Shown here in pieces: positions 51,101-64,000 of a DNA stretch of 64,000 nucleotides. Made by a program: the position numbers and the translations under genes. This stretch comes from Lama glama (lineage: Eukaryota). The number at the start of each line of letters is the position of its first letter. Position 1 is the first letter of the stretch. Location of the stretch: the NCBI GenBank assembly GCA_028534125.1, contig CM052818.1, positions 28,212,001 through 28,276,000 on the forward strand, read 5' to 3'. Under the pieces are notes generated by a model. It saw only the letters and a program-made list of their open reading frames with translations, did not search any database and was not told the DNA's origin.

Positions 51101-53909
51101 GCCAAGAGAGGAAGTCAGATGTTTCTTCTGTTCTGAATGATCCTGGATCCTAAGTCAGGGGTGCCCAGTCCTTCAGTGAGCCCTGTATCACTACCTACAT
51201 CTCTGGCAGGCTGAACAGAGCCTTAGAACGTGCCAAGACCTTAACTAATGCAGTATTATGAGGCTTGCAGGAAAAAAAAAACAACAGCTACACTTCAGAT
51301 TACATAGGGAAATAAAGTAAAATAGATCATATACAAACCAATCAAATTTATTACCTACTATATTTAATTGCATAACAAAAACTCACAAGTGTGGTTTAAA
51401 ATACAGAAGCTGGAAAGGCTACAAATCCCTCTGAGTACCACCAAGTAAGAATATAAAAAGAGAAAAGATCTCAGAATGATTCTAATAAGTAAACTTTAAG
51501 CTCTTTGCTTTCATTTTTAATAGGTGCAAGTTACATCAAACAAGTAGAATTTTTACTCAGGCACATTTCTACCTCTATCTCTATGTGCAATCACTTCTCT
51601 GAATGATGGTATACATAGAGGTATAAATGTTTCCAATGTTATCACTATAAATGTACTTTCATATATAACATGATCATTCTTTTATTGCTTTTTTGGTGAC
51701 TATAGTATCATTTCTTTTTCAATATAGTCTATCTTTTTGCCAAATAGGTCTTCTAGTAAATCAGTAGTATGATTTTGTTTTTTCAATGTGGGTTTAAGAT
51801 TCTTATTGATTACATCTGGAAAAGTGAGAATCCTACAAATTGCATTAGCTGAAAAGATCAATGGCCCATTAGACTAGCATTTTATAAAGACCTAGACTAA
51901 ATGCTTCAGCAGAAGGCCAGAAAAAAAATTACCTTTCATAAAGCACCTGTCCAATTGTTCAATATTATACCACAGGGGAAATTTTTTTTCCTAATTCCAG
52001 CTGGTTATCATTTTATGCTTTGAAATGCAATGATTGATGATCCTTGAAGTTTTAGCCTGGCTTGTAAAACTGCACACAGTTTATTACTTATATTCACATA
52101 AATGCCCATTCTATTGTTTTATTCTTCCTAAGATATTGGCCACCGTAATTTTCAATGGCAGCAGGCTTCAAAAGAAATACTTTTTAAATGATTTCTGAGA
52201 AAAACAAAAATTTTGAGTTTAACTAAAACAAAAAATACATTGGATGAGTCTATCTGACGTTAGTGCATTCTGGATCATTCTATTCCAAATGTATGACAGA
52301 ACAGAGTAGAGAGAGAGAAGACTCAAAAATAGTTTCCCATTTAATACCTGCAATATCTTCCTTCTCTACTGCATTTTTGTACAATGTGACCTGATTCTTT
52401 ATTCTGCTTACTTCCATACCTAGTGTTTGTATTTATTTTCTATCTTCCCAATTAAATTGAAGTTTCTCAGAGGCTTTATTAAGAGAACAGGGATATGGTT
52501 TAATAAGCATAGAATTTGAGGATCTTGGATTTGTTCCCTTCCCTGTCACTGATCCTCTTCATGGCCTTGGAGGAAACTTTCTCTTTGTGAGTTTCACCTG
52601 ATTGCTAGGTTTTGCCATCTTCATCAGCCATAGACACTGATACTTCTGTCCTACAATCTCAGCCAAACATAGGTTCTCAAAGGTCTATTCCTGCCAAAAA
52701 CTGCAGACTGGAATTAATAAAGTCATATATCTGGTGAATCTAGATTAAGCTTTGTGTTCTAGGTACTTGTGAAGCTCCTGTTTCCTCCTCATGCTTACTG
52801 TTTTTGGGTAATCATGTATTTTAAAGTCTACTCCAGGATCTTGATTCATGTGTCAACTACTTAAGGAAATCTTACTGGAGTTCTGTTATATTTAGTTTGT
52901 TCTTCCACGACTTTACCATAATCCTTTTCCCTTAGGTCACAGTCTCTAATGAGAGGTCACAGACCCAAGACAGAATTTGTCCTGTAGAATCAAGTCCTGT
53001 CACTATCTGAGAAATCTGTTTTCTTATTGTCTTAGCCATTATCATGGGCATCTTTCTATACCAACAAAAAGGTGGGAACCATTATCAAGTGTCAACTGTC
53101 TGGTTTTCTCAAGGGAATCCCTAGAGTTTGATCAGCTGTTATTTGATTCTCTACCTTCTCCCATTCCAGTAGCCTCACAGAGTTCCAACATGCTTCAAGA
53201 CCAAGATCGCCTGTGGTATGGCATTCTCATTAGTAACATAAAAGAAACTGAATGAGATTAACTCTGAGGACTCACTCAACCCTCATGTTTTATGATTTGC
53301 TGTTTCAATACAACACACGATACATAAGACACATTCATTAGTCACTGCTTGATCAACAAGAATAGTGGATTATGAAGTACAGATAACAGATCTTCATAAA
53401 GAGAATATCTTAACTCTTAAATTGTTTAACAAAATAATTCTGCTTTCAAGATAAAATATTTTGTTGCTTTTAATGATGCAAACTTCATAGCCTAGGTCAA
53501 ATGAACAGTGAAGAGTAACCATACTTTCTAAAGATTGTTGCAGAGCAACTTTTTTTCTCTTTCTACAGTTGCACTGGTATGATATTTGGAAAGTAAAATG
53601 TCCGAGGAGAGAGGGTAACAGGAGAAAAGTTTTTTCTCCCATAGAAAGCATGTTTTCATCAACACAGGGTATGTTGAGGTTACTGTAAATGAACAGCCAG
53701 CAGTGAGGGCTTCTTTATGCTTTGTGTTCTCTTTCACACTGATAGGTAGATGAAGCTTGGAAATAATAATATTTCAACCGTTTATACAAGATAGTGAGGA
53801 AAACGCATATGCTTACGTAATTTTACACAATAATTAATAGGATACTTGATGTCAACTAACCTTACTGATGATGACAAGGGAAGTAATAAACTATATCTAT
53901 ATCTTTATA

Positions 53910-54263
53910 TAGTCATCCTTCGGTATCCATGAAGGACTGGCAGCACATTGCCCCTTCCCAGTCAGAAAAAACAAAATCCAAGGATTCTCAAGTCCTTTAT
54001 GTAAAAGGGCATAGTAATTACAAATAATCTACGTACATCCTTCCATATACTTTAAATCATCTCTAGGTTACTTACAGTACCTAATACAATGTAAAAGCTA
54101 CATAACTAGTTGTAAATATAATGTAAATGTTATGTAAATAGCTTGCCAGGGCATGGCAAATTCAAGTTTCGCTTTCTAGAACTTTCTGGAGGTTTCTTCC
54201 CTGAATAGTTTTGATCCGGGTTGGTTTAATCTATGGAACACATGATTTACAAAGGGCTGACTA
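53910..54263 (+). mobile_element. MER2/MER2B (TcMar-Tigger) MITE, near full length
   Basis: termini TAGTCATCCTTCGGTATCC and AAAGGGCTGACTA with TA flanks; internal TATACTTTAAATCATCTCTAG.TTACTTA. Confidence 0.88.
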
Positions 54264-54811
54264 TAGCTGAAGTTTAAATAAAATGGTTAATTGAATTTTA
54301 AATAACATACATCTCATATATTGTAATTAATCTTGTTAATTCTGGAAGTACTATTAACACTTTTTTGGTAGGCAATCTGCAGGTATGGAATATTTTCTCT
54401 TTAATATTTTCCACAGATATGGGATAATTTTATTTAACTCCCTATATAAGTTTCAATTATTCTGCATGAAGTTATGCAGACTTAAGTCACATTTTGGAAA
54501 AGAGTTCTGAATTCCCTGTGGAAATGTCTAACTTCTGTGAGCATTAGTGTAGCAAAATTTTTGTTATTCTGTATTCTTATAGTCTAGATAGTGGTTTCCA
54601 AGCATACCAAGATGGTAGCTCTAGGAATGCAGTACAGGGTTGTACTAGGTATAGATACATGTTTGTATCAATAAATATCTATATATCTGTATCTCTCTAT
54701 CTAGATAGATTTGTGTACATACATATATACAGGTGCTTTCTATTTTATGGTTATGATTTTGATGTTTTGATATATGAAACTGAAACAGCTCTTGTTCAGA
54801 AATTTACCAAC

Positions 54812-54995
54812 TAGTGTAATGATTTTCAAACATTTGGATAACTTAGGTGTTTGTTTAAAAAGCAGATTCCCACAGTCACTGCCACAGAATATCTGTTCCC
54901 TACTGTGAAATAGGGCATATTGCTCAACTTTTATACAAATCTCTGTAAGTAGATCTTTTGTAGGTTGTTCACAACATATCTATTGAAAAAAATGA
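54812..54995. mobile_element. MER5-like MITE remnant
   Basis: TTTTCAAAC...TTGTTTAAAAAGCAGATTCC. Confidence 0.45.
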
Positions 54996-56584
54996 TCCAG
55001 GTGATATTATTAACAACAGGAAGTCATAAATAGGACTTAGGAGGAGGAAAATAAAGAGTCTGGTTCTGAAACATGTTCAAGAGGACACATGTCCAGTGAA
55101 GGTGAATATGTAGATTTGGAATCTGTGACAAAGACATGGATTTTATGAATTTTGTTTGAGGCAAATAATGTAGGGAGGGGATCAGGTGAGAAGAGTATCT
55201 AGGGAATTTCTTAATATGAGGAACTATGACTTTTTATCATAAGAAACAGCATCCTTGGCCAAATCAAACATTTAATTATTTATTTTGTTCTGACTCACAT
55301 TTCTGGGGTATTTTTTTCTCTCAGTCTGTTAGAATAAGGGGCTTTCTATTATTAACAGTATCCTAAGAAAAGGACATTAATGGATACTTCTGATTTATAA
55401 AATTTTATCTATATATTCTATTTTGATCAAGTAAACCGGATCACACAAGTGCATTTCTTTCCCCACAGTTAAATACCAATCACAACTGTCTATAATACCA
55501 ATCAAAGTGAAAGCAAAAATGTAGATACACCTAGTGAAGACAGCTGTAATCCAGTATGGAAGAAGGGAGTTTCCTTGGTATACTCTGCAACTAATTTAAT
55601 AAAAATTCTATAAAACAGTAAGTTCTGAGAGCCACTTACTTTATCAGTCTGTGGCTACTTATAATCATTTTTCATTACAGTCTGAAATTAAACAGTGATG
55701 AAGTAGCACAATTTCTTGACTAATCACCTAAGAGCTGGAGAGAGGTAAAAGCAATATAAAATCTTAGAGGTAATGTTATTTTTGAATGCAAATGAGTTTC
55801 ACCTTCTTTTGCCTCAAGGGAGAGAAATGCCCAGGGAATTTTGTTGTCATCAAGAGTAGCTGATAGACATCTTGATCAATTTGAATTTGTAACATGCTGT
55901 ATAGTAATGAAATATGAGTGCATGCAACTCAATACAAGAATTTGTGTGTGTGTGAATACTAGATGGTGCCTATGCTTTTTTTTTTTTTAAGCTATTAGTA
56001 GCCTTGTGGTTGTTTTCTCAAAAATATGCACAGAAAACTGAGTATTAGTACTCTCATGTATAAAAACCTATAAATTCTGAAGGCCACATCTATAATATGG
56101 TATACATGTATACTCACAAATAAGTCTTCTTTTATTTTTATATTTAAAGACTAAGAAGCTTACGCACTATATAGTAAATACTACATATGTAGAATTCATG
56201 CTTTTCAACTTTATCAACTTGTTAAGAGTAAACCAATGCATTACCTGTCTTAAGAACTATTAGGTAACTGTGATTTTATTATGTTTTTTAATTTGTGAAA
56301 AACATATTGTCAGCTGAGTTATTTAATTCATTCATAATAATGTTAAAACTTTTTTTTTTGTTCCTAAATGTCGTATGTATCTTCTTGTAAGCCAATACCC
56401 TTAATTCACAGAGGCAGTAAAAAGTAAACAACTATGCCTGGCATCAGCTGTTGACTTCAAAGAACCAGACTGTCCATGGGCATGATTAATGGTATGAATT
56501 AATACAAACATGCCTTTCTGTGAAAAATTACGACTTTGTATTTTACAGTAAAACTTGAATGACTTAAAGGGCATTTACATTAAT

Positions 56585-56825
56585 AATAATAATAGCTAAA
56601 ATCTATTAAATTCCCTCTATATCACATAATATATAGATATGTGACTGCTAATCTAGCAAGAGCCATGCAAAGGAAATATTATTTAATTTTAATTTTGCAA
56701 ATAAGAAAATATATTCTCAGAAAAATTGGGTAAATTACCCAAGAGATTTTAGGTATATTATATGGTTAATGGGTGACAGAATCAAGATTTAAACCTATTT
56801 CTAAATGGTTTCAAAGACTGATATT
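56585..56825 (-). mobile_element. MIR SINE
   Basis: AATAATAATAGCTAA...ATTTTGCAAATAAGAAAA...TTACCCAAG...GATTTAAACC. Confidence 0.65.
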
Positions 56826-57529
56826 TTGTTTGCATGTTTTATCAGCCTTTTTTGAATGTTTTGTGAAGAGTATCAGTCTTAGTTGAACAAATAGGTATTA
56901 CATACCAACCGTCTTACACCACAAAATTGATAACTTTCGTACATATTGGGTTAAAATTAAGTAAGTTTCTTTACTATAAGAGTCTCAAAATGCTTAATAG
57001 TTTAATAAGCAATGCAAATTTCCAAGAAAGTAATAGATTGTGTGCCATTTCCTAAACTAACGCAAAAATAGATCCCTTTTTTCAAGGGGGATATTTTTCA
57101 ATGAACTCTAATTTTATGTCTGTTCTATTCTACTCCACTGCCAGGATGCAGCACATTTATCAGTAAGATCAGTTTACAGCTTGCATAAGTACTAAAAATA
57201 AATACTAACCAGTCAAGTGATCAAGTGATTAGAATAAACGCAAATACAAATGCATTTTTGGCTTCTAGAAAATGTCTTATTGGCTCCCCAGAATCTGACT
57301 CCCAAGTCTTCCCATTGTGGAGCCCATGCACCCCACTTGCAAGTCCAATCTTCCTCTAGTCATCAGGGTGAAGTCTCACCTCAGTCTGGAGAGATCCCCA
57401 CTAAATATTCTGTGTCAATACCAACATGGCCAGCAGTGCAATGCCAACTGGTAAGACCCTGCCCTGGTTAACTGAATGGCTCCTTTTGATCTCCTTGGAC
57501 TGAATGTTGGCCTTGATAATACATGGTTA

Positions 57530-58130
57530 ATACAAACATGAAAAAATAAATGCTCAGTCTCACTCATAATAAAAAAATTACCAACTAGAGTCATTATGAG
57601 AAAAAATTCTATCTAATTGAACAGAATTATAAAAAATATAATATTGAGCATTAATTAGAATGTGGTAGAAAGGACATACTCCTACCCTAATGGTGCGTGT
57701 GCAAATCTATACAATTTTTAATAAGGCATTTTGGCAATTTATATCTAGAAATTCAAAAGGACTCAAAACCTTAGAGATAATACATTTTTTTTAACTGGGA
57801 ATAAATAGTTTTTGAAAATTATAGGCAAATATTTGTGTATAAGATGTCTGTTGAATTTTTATTATGGTAGTGAATATTGAGAATGATAACTTAATTATGG
57901 CATCCATGGAAAATAAAATTAACGTAGTTACTAAATTATTACAAAGATGTTAATGGCATGGAAATTGTGTATGATATAATGTCATGTTAAATATAAAAGA
58001 AGGACATTTATATGCAGATTTTTTTCAATTTGTGCCAATATGCAATTAAATGTTCTGAAATATTTCTGCAACCTGCTTGTGGGTGGTAGAATTCTGATTT
58101 TTTTTTTTTGTATTTTTGAGTTAAAAAAAA
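57530..58130 (+). mobile_element. very old L1 (L1ME-like) 3' region
   Basis: ACATGAAAAAATAAATGCTCAGTCTCACTCATAAT...TTTGGCAAT. Confidence 0.6.
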
Positions 58131-58816
58131 CTCCCGAAAATAACTATAAAAACTCAGGCAAAGAAATATATAATAGAATAAATACTTCCATAGTGCTTTG
58201 ATATATCTACTTATTTAGTTGGACTGTTGTCAAGTCACATTTTTTCTACAACTGTGTAGTAAAAATTTAAACTACTATATTTGTGTTTTTTCCTTCAAAA
58301 GCTTCTTTGGGTTTCAAATAGTCAAATATTAGTAAACTTATCATTTGTATATATTTTTTCTAAATGATTATTTTTAAGAGAGGACTTTTACAAATATGGG
58401 TTCTTGCCAACCGGAATTTATGCATCTAGCTTTTGGTTGTCTCATTCTTTTTTAATTAAACCTTTTTACATTCTGATCTTTGACCTTTCCGTATCTACCA
58501 ATTCTAATGTATATGCAGATCTAGTTAGAAGCAGTCATTTCAGGAAAATCATGTTAAAAATCCTGCAATGGTTCTCCACTGTCAGACAGACTACGTAAGT
58601 TTTATCAAACAAAACTAAATTAAGTCCCAACAGTCTGAAAAGCTTTCAAGAGTCTGATGACTGTCCTGGGTGCCCTTTAGTTCTTACGGCCAATTCTACT
58701 CTTCTTAGATTCTAGAAAGGACAGCTTTGGAATCCAACCTCCTATTTCTAACCTGGGTTCATTGCTACTAGTTCAGAGAGATATTAGCGATAATTTATTA
58801 TGAAAGCTTGGGGGGG

Positions 58817-58861
58817 GTGTGTGCGTACAAGCGCGTGCGTGTGCACGCACGCACACATGCA
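58817..58861. repeat. alternating purine-pyrimidine (GT/GC/CA) tract with internal inverted repeat
   Basis: GTGTGTGCGTACAAGCGCGTGCGTGTGCACGCACGCACACATGCA. Confidence 0.85.
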
Positions 58862-59679
58862 GGCAACACACTGGTTGCTATTTGTAAGTTGCTTGAAATG
58901 TTCTTTAGTCTTATTGATGGGGACTTATGTTACTCTAGTGGGTTGTCCTCTTCCAGGAATGGGAACCACACTTTCAACATTTCAGGATTGTATGACTTCT
59001 ATCCCTATTTCTACATCATAATATTTGCTCGGACTTGGAACTCAGAAATTGTTCAAATAATGAAGACCAGTTCACTCAGGAGCTATATCTAATTCTAAAG
59101 TATTGTTTGAGCCAGATGGAATTTCAACTAGCTTTTACACTATTTCACATTAAGGTAGAATAAGTTCTATGATTCTCTGCTATTGACAGCTTCTTTTCTT
59201 GCAAGAATATTTCAATTAGCCTTTTAAGCTATTTACTGCAAGTACCTTAAAAGCAAGTCTACTACTGCGGTGACATTCAGAACACTGATTCAATTTCCTG
59301 GATCACCAGTTAGGCCAGGAATCAGAGTCATATTATGTTTCAAGAAATTTATGATAAAAAACACTTGCTTTAAAATTCTCAAACAGCCTGAGTCCTGTCA
59401 GTTTCCGGGAATTTAGGACATACTTTGTAACTTCTCATTTATACCTATGCCACAATAAAATCAATATTTGGAAGGAAGTAAAGGATAGGGAGTTGGCAGG
59501 GGCAGAGCACAAGATATTAAAATTCAAGTAGTTTGCCTGCTAGAATTTGATATTTCAAGCCAAACACAAGAGAAAAAAAACTTTGATGAATCAACTACTT
59601 TTCAAAAAAACCTAATTTTGGAGCTATAAATTTCCTTTCTAGACATCTAACATAAACTAAATATTGCACATTATATTTT

Positions 59680-59870
59680 CTCATATTAATTTATTTTATT
59701 TAAACCTCACCCAAACCCTGTAAGGTAGATGTTATTAATCTGGGCTTTTACAGTGAGGAAATGCTCCATGGTCAAGTGATCAGTCCAAGATCACACAGAT
59801 TTCAAATTTTTAGACTGAGATTATAATGCATATCTCCCTCCCAAACCCATGTTATTTTTATAACATCACG
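59680..59870 (-). mobile_element. MIR SINE
   Basis: AACCCTGTAAGGTAG...TTTTACAGTGAGGAAA...CCAAGATCACACAG. Confidence 0.7.
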
Positions 59871-60999
59871 CTATCACTGAAGCTATAGATACTTGAGAAG
59901 CCAGTCTGTGGAGACATTAAATGAATTGCAAATAACTGTCACAAACATTATTGATGAAATTTCATGAATTCTTTAGCGTAATGTCCATGTATTTCTGATT
60001 ATAAAAGATATTTAAGTGCATATTTACTAAAAATGATAAAATACAGAAAAGCATAAAAAAGTAAAATTAAAAATTAAAAAAAGTGTATGTGCAGAATATA
60101 ATTTATAATTCCCTAATAAAACTATTGTTGAGAGGCAACCAGAGTTACTAATGAGAACATGTCTGCATGAGATAAATTGTTCATCACCACTACATTACAC
60201 TTTTAATACTTTTTGGAGTATAAGAGAAAAACCATTTGGAGATGGCACAATCTCTATCAAATGGCACATATATGGCCATTTATAATTTTTTAAATGGCTT
60301 TTATTAAAAGAATAGTTAAGAGTCAGATGCTCTTAGCACAATACTATTAGAGTTATTTTAATCCTCATGGGAAAAGGTTAAAACGATGCTGAGACATACA
60401 TAAAAACATTTTCATTTGAAATTACACTTGACGTCACCAAAGAATAGCAAAATGATTACCCTGCCCCCCCGCCGCCAAAAAAAACCTCTCAATCTTGTGA
60501 ATTCACGTAACAGCTAAATCTCATACAGAGGGCATGAGAATTCCTGTACATCTACAGACCTCAGAGATAGGGCTCCTTGGAAGGGAGCAAGGGACATTAA
60601 TAAGATAGAGTGAAATAATAGAACAGCTTTAAGCTCTTAAGTGAAATTAGTTTTTGTTCTTTCCATACTCTACTGCCATGTTGACATCAATAAGGTATTT
60701 AGTAAAGAATCTGTATACTTTTCTGAATTCCAAGTACTCTTCTTGTACTGGAACAATAACTACTCCTCAGGCTTCTTATGGGGTCTCTTGTGGGAGACCC
60801 CATAACAAAGATGAGAGTTGTCAATCTCTGCTCCCCTTCACTACCCATGACTAGGTGAAGTCATCACTGCTTAGATGCACCAGAAGAGAAGATTGCCTTT
60901 GACACAAAGAGATTGTAAAACTAACTTCCTGCCTTCCAGTCACACACAGCAACAAACAGGATAAGCAACAAAAATGGAATGAAATCATTTCAAGGTCTG

Positions 61000-61026
61000 T
61001 TATTATTATTATTATTATTATTATTA
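61000..61026. repeat. (TTA)n microsatellite
   Basis: about 9 units. Confidence 0.9.
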
Positions 61027-61049
61027 CCTAAAATTATATTTAAAACATT

Positions 61050-61500
61050 TTCTTATGCCATTAGAATTCCTTAAAATGATGACGTTAAGACAATACAATT
61101 TACTTGTATGGAATTTCAATGATGATAATTTTTTATTCATTTTCTTTGAAGATGTCACCAATATTTTTGGTTTTATTTTTTAAATGTAGTGAATGCATTT
61201 TTTTGTAGAACTTTGTGCTTATCCTTAGGATAAATTCCCAGCAGTTGATTCACTGAGTCAAAAAATATTAACATTTAAAATACTCTTAATATACATTGCC
61301 AATTTATCCTCTAAAAAGGCAGTCCTTTTTATAACTCCTGGCAGCAGGAGAGGCTATGTTTTTACTGCACTCTTGCCAACACTGAATATTATCATTAAAA
61401 ATGTATCCAGTCCCTTAAATTTGAATTATCTTGATTATTGGGTCTGTATAGCTTTACGTTTATTTGCTTTTTCTAATTTTTCAGTTATGAACAATAACAA
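61050..61500 (-). mobile_element. very old L1 fragment
   Basis: TCCTTAGGATAAATTCC...ACTGAGTCAAA...ACATTGCCAA...TCTTGCCAACACTG. Confidence 0.6.
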
Positions 61501-61579
61501 AATTGCTTATTTTATGTTTCATTATGATACATTATGGAACTGTCACCATCACCTCCAATTTCAAAAAATCATTGTTAAG

Positions 61580-61720
61580 AGGCAGCAAGAATAGTGCAAG
61601 ATGCAATCACTTTGGATAAAGAAAGACTTAGGGTTCGAATTCTAGCCTTGATTCTTACATGAATACAGATTGTAACATCTTTGCACCTCAGATATCTCAT
61701 CTTTAAAATGGTGGCATTAT
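61580..61720 (+). mobile_element. MIR fragment
   Basis: AAAGACTTAGGGTTCGAATTCTAGC...CCTCAG..TCTCATCTTTAAAATGG. Confidence 0.65.
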
Positions 61721-62519
61721 TTTAAAATCTTTGTAATTTTTGTGTATTTAAAATGTAAAATACATACATATATATATACACATATATATTAGATATATAT
61801 AATAAGACCTAAACAAACATGTATTTCTTTATTATACCAGCATATAGAGATAACATATTTTATTAAATACCGCATGTCAAATTAAGCAATTTTTCTGAGA
61901 ACTTTACACTGGCTTTATATCTTCAAATGAATTCTCACTGTTTTGTTATGTTTAGGGTTGCTCAGTTTTCAAGATCTTTAAGTAAATAGTGTTGGCTTTG
62001 CCTGCAATGTATCCCAGTGTTCTGTAATGAATGAGGGTGGAGGAGAGGGAAAATATGATATAGACATTCAAAGGGAAGTTGTGCTTGGTAAAGTCCTTTG
62101 AAAGAGATGGTTTCAAGGTGACTACCCCTTCCTAGATAATTTGATGGGGCTGATGACTTCATTCTCTGATTTTGTTCCATCTAAGAAGCATAATATTATA
62201 AGAAGTGATATGATTATTTAGAAAGATACTGATTTTTTTGGTGTGTTTGTTTAAAATCAAGTAAGCATGTTGAAAAGAAAGCAACTTCAGAGGCACTTCT
62301 TTCATATCAGTATTTTACTGGTTTGAAGCCAATTTAATCCTTTAACTTTTCAAGTTTGATAACAAAATCGAAGTGGTCATTCCATGGAATCTACTCAGGA
62401 AAATTTTTAAAAAAAGAAAAAAGAAAGAAAGGTTTTCACACAAGCCCTTAGTCTCTCTAACCAATTCAGTACTGTTACTCAGGAAACTTGTCCATGGCAC
62501 ACAGCTTGTTGTGGGCTTT

Positions 62520-62670
62520 TGTTACTGAAAGTATGGTTTGAGGAATGACAGCACTGTCCTCCCCAGAAACTTTTAATGAATGCAAAATATTGCTCCATAC
62601 CAGATCTACTGTATTCAAATCTGCATTTTAGGAGGATCTCCAGGCATGTTAAATGCTGTAGGTCATTAGG
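62520..62670. mobile_element. MER5A MITE
   Basis: AAAGTATGGT...AATGCAAA...CCAGATCTACTG.ATTCAAATCTGCATTTTA..AGGATCTCCAGG. Confidence 0.7.
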
Positions 62671-62771
62671 CAAAGAGCAAATGCTTTTAGACATCTATAT
62701 CCAAGGAACTGCATTGGCTCAGAGCTTATATTAGTATTACAGTGAGAAACTGCCCCTGTAAAAACTCAGCA

Positions 62772-63490
62772 ACTCATTTACTCATCAAATAATCATTGGC
62801 ACATACAATATATCATGGACTCTTTTATAAACTCAGGATAACATTGAGAAAAAGCACATAAAAATTACCACCCTATGGAGTTAATGTTCTAGAATAAGGA
62901 AGACATTCAATAAACCAATAACCAAGTAAGATATGTCAGCTTGTATTAGAAGTCATGGATTTTTATAAGCGGCAGTGTAAGAGTGACAGTTATTTTAAAT
63001 GGGATGATCAGGGAAGGCATCAATAAGTTGACTTTTGAGCAGAGACTGAAGGAGGTGAAAGACAGAGCTATCCATTTATCTGTAGGAAGCATGTTCCAAG
63101 CAGAACACATAGCAAGTGCAAAAGGGCTGAGTCAGAGGCATTCTTGTCCTAAAGAACAGTCAGAAGGCTGATGTGGCTAAATGGTATCATCAAGAATAAG
63201 TTACAGGAGATGAGGTGGTCTGACAGGTAGTAGACCACCAGGTCACAGAACTTGGCTTTTACTCTGAACGAGAAAGTAAATCATTGAAGGGTTCTGAGCA
63301 AAAACATGACAAGATCTCACTCATATTTTAAAATATCCTTGTTATTCTCTTTTGAGGACAGAGAGTAGGTGGCAAAGGCAAAGAAGATCACTTAAAAGGT
63401 CATGGCAGTAATGCTGAGGAGAGCTAACTGCAGCTTACATGGGGATGGTAGTTCAACGAATCTTGAGGAAAGAGGAAAGAGGATTTGTAG
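62772..63490 (-). mobile_element. L2 3' region
   Basis: TCATTTACTCATCAAATA...TTTGAGCAGAGACTGAAGGAGGTGA...TTGGCTTTTACTCTGA...TTGAAGGGTTCTGAGCA. Confidence 0.85.
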
Positions 63491-63778
63491 AGCCTGTGGA
63501 GGAGGAGAGAAATAGAGGTTGATCTTGATGATACCCTTTGAAAATGGGGCTACTTCAAAGTACTTCTGTTCATGTTTTAAATACTTAGTTTATTTTGGGG
63601 GGTTGTATTGAGAACTGCTATATTGTAACAAATGTTTTATTTTCTGAGTGATAGGAACAGACTTACTGAATTCTGAACATGAACGTAGTCCCTGATTGAA
63701 AAAAAAAATCAATGCCTTGAGGGTCTTTATCTTGGTTTATTAATGGTGTCCTCTCTCTTTTCCTCTACTTACTACCTA

Positions 63779-64000
63779 TGTCAGGTATCCTTTGCCACCA
63801 GGGTGTTCCATAACAAACTGCCCAAAATTCTGTTGCCTAAAATAATACCCATGTATTAATAAGAGTATGTGTGCCAGCAATTTACTCTGAGATCAAATGG
63901 GTGATTTTTTTCTGGTCTCTGCTGATCTCATATGGTTGCTGCTGGGCTGACTGGGCTGACTGACCCTTTGTCACTTGTTCCACATCATGCAGAAAGCTAA
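63779..64000 (-). mobile_element. MLT1-type MaLR LTR (runs off window end)
   Basis: CATAACAAACTGCCCAAAATTC.GT.GC.TAAAA.AA...GGGTGATT...CTGGTCTC. Confidence 0.6.

Noticed and set aside
53525..53738. Minus-strand coding exon ending at a GTATGG donor
   Set aside because: No single frame is open from the best acceptor to the donor; no recognisable homology
1..64000. CRISPR array, operon or prokaryotic defence system
   Set aside because: The sequence is clearly mammalian; there are no regularly spaced repeats or long gene-dense ORFs

Overview
AT-rich, CpG-poor mammalian genomic DNA, intergenic or deep intronic, with one 500-N assembly gap (2394-2893). The window is dominated by transposable elements: many truncated, nested, inverted or internally deleted LINE-1 pieces of several ages, plus L2, MIR, MaLR/ERVL LTRs, DNA-transposon MITEs and microsatellites. 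The young L1 3' tails (...GAAATTGACACAACATTGTAAA[C/A]TGACTATA) and the absence of Alu, Bov-A2 or PRE-1 SINEs suggest a camelid-like cetartiodactyl (inference from memory of consensus sequences). I cannot support any recognisable protein-coding gene, RNA gene or CRISPR array. The only ORFs in the track that I recognise are L1 ORF2 C-terminal remnants. I found no convincing novel biological system. The most interesting items are L1 structural oddities (a 5'UTR-to-ORF2-3' fused element, two twin-priming inversions, a 55-bp micro-insertion with a perfect TSD, and an unexpectedly similar pair of tails 14 kb apart), a few weak exon candidates and several isolated regulatory motifs. Repeat family names and boundaries are by eye and approximate.
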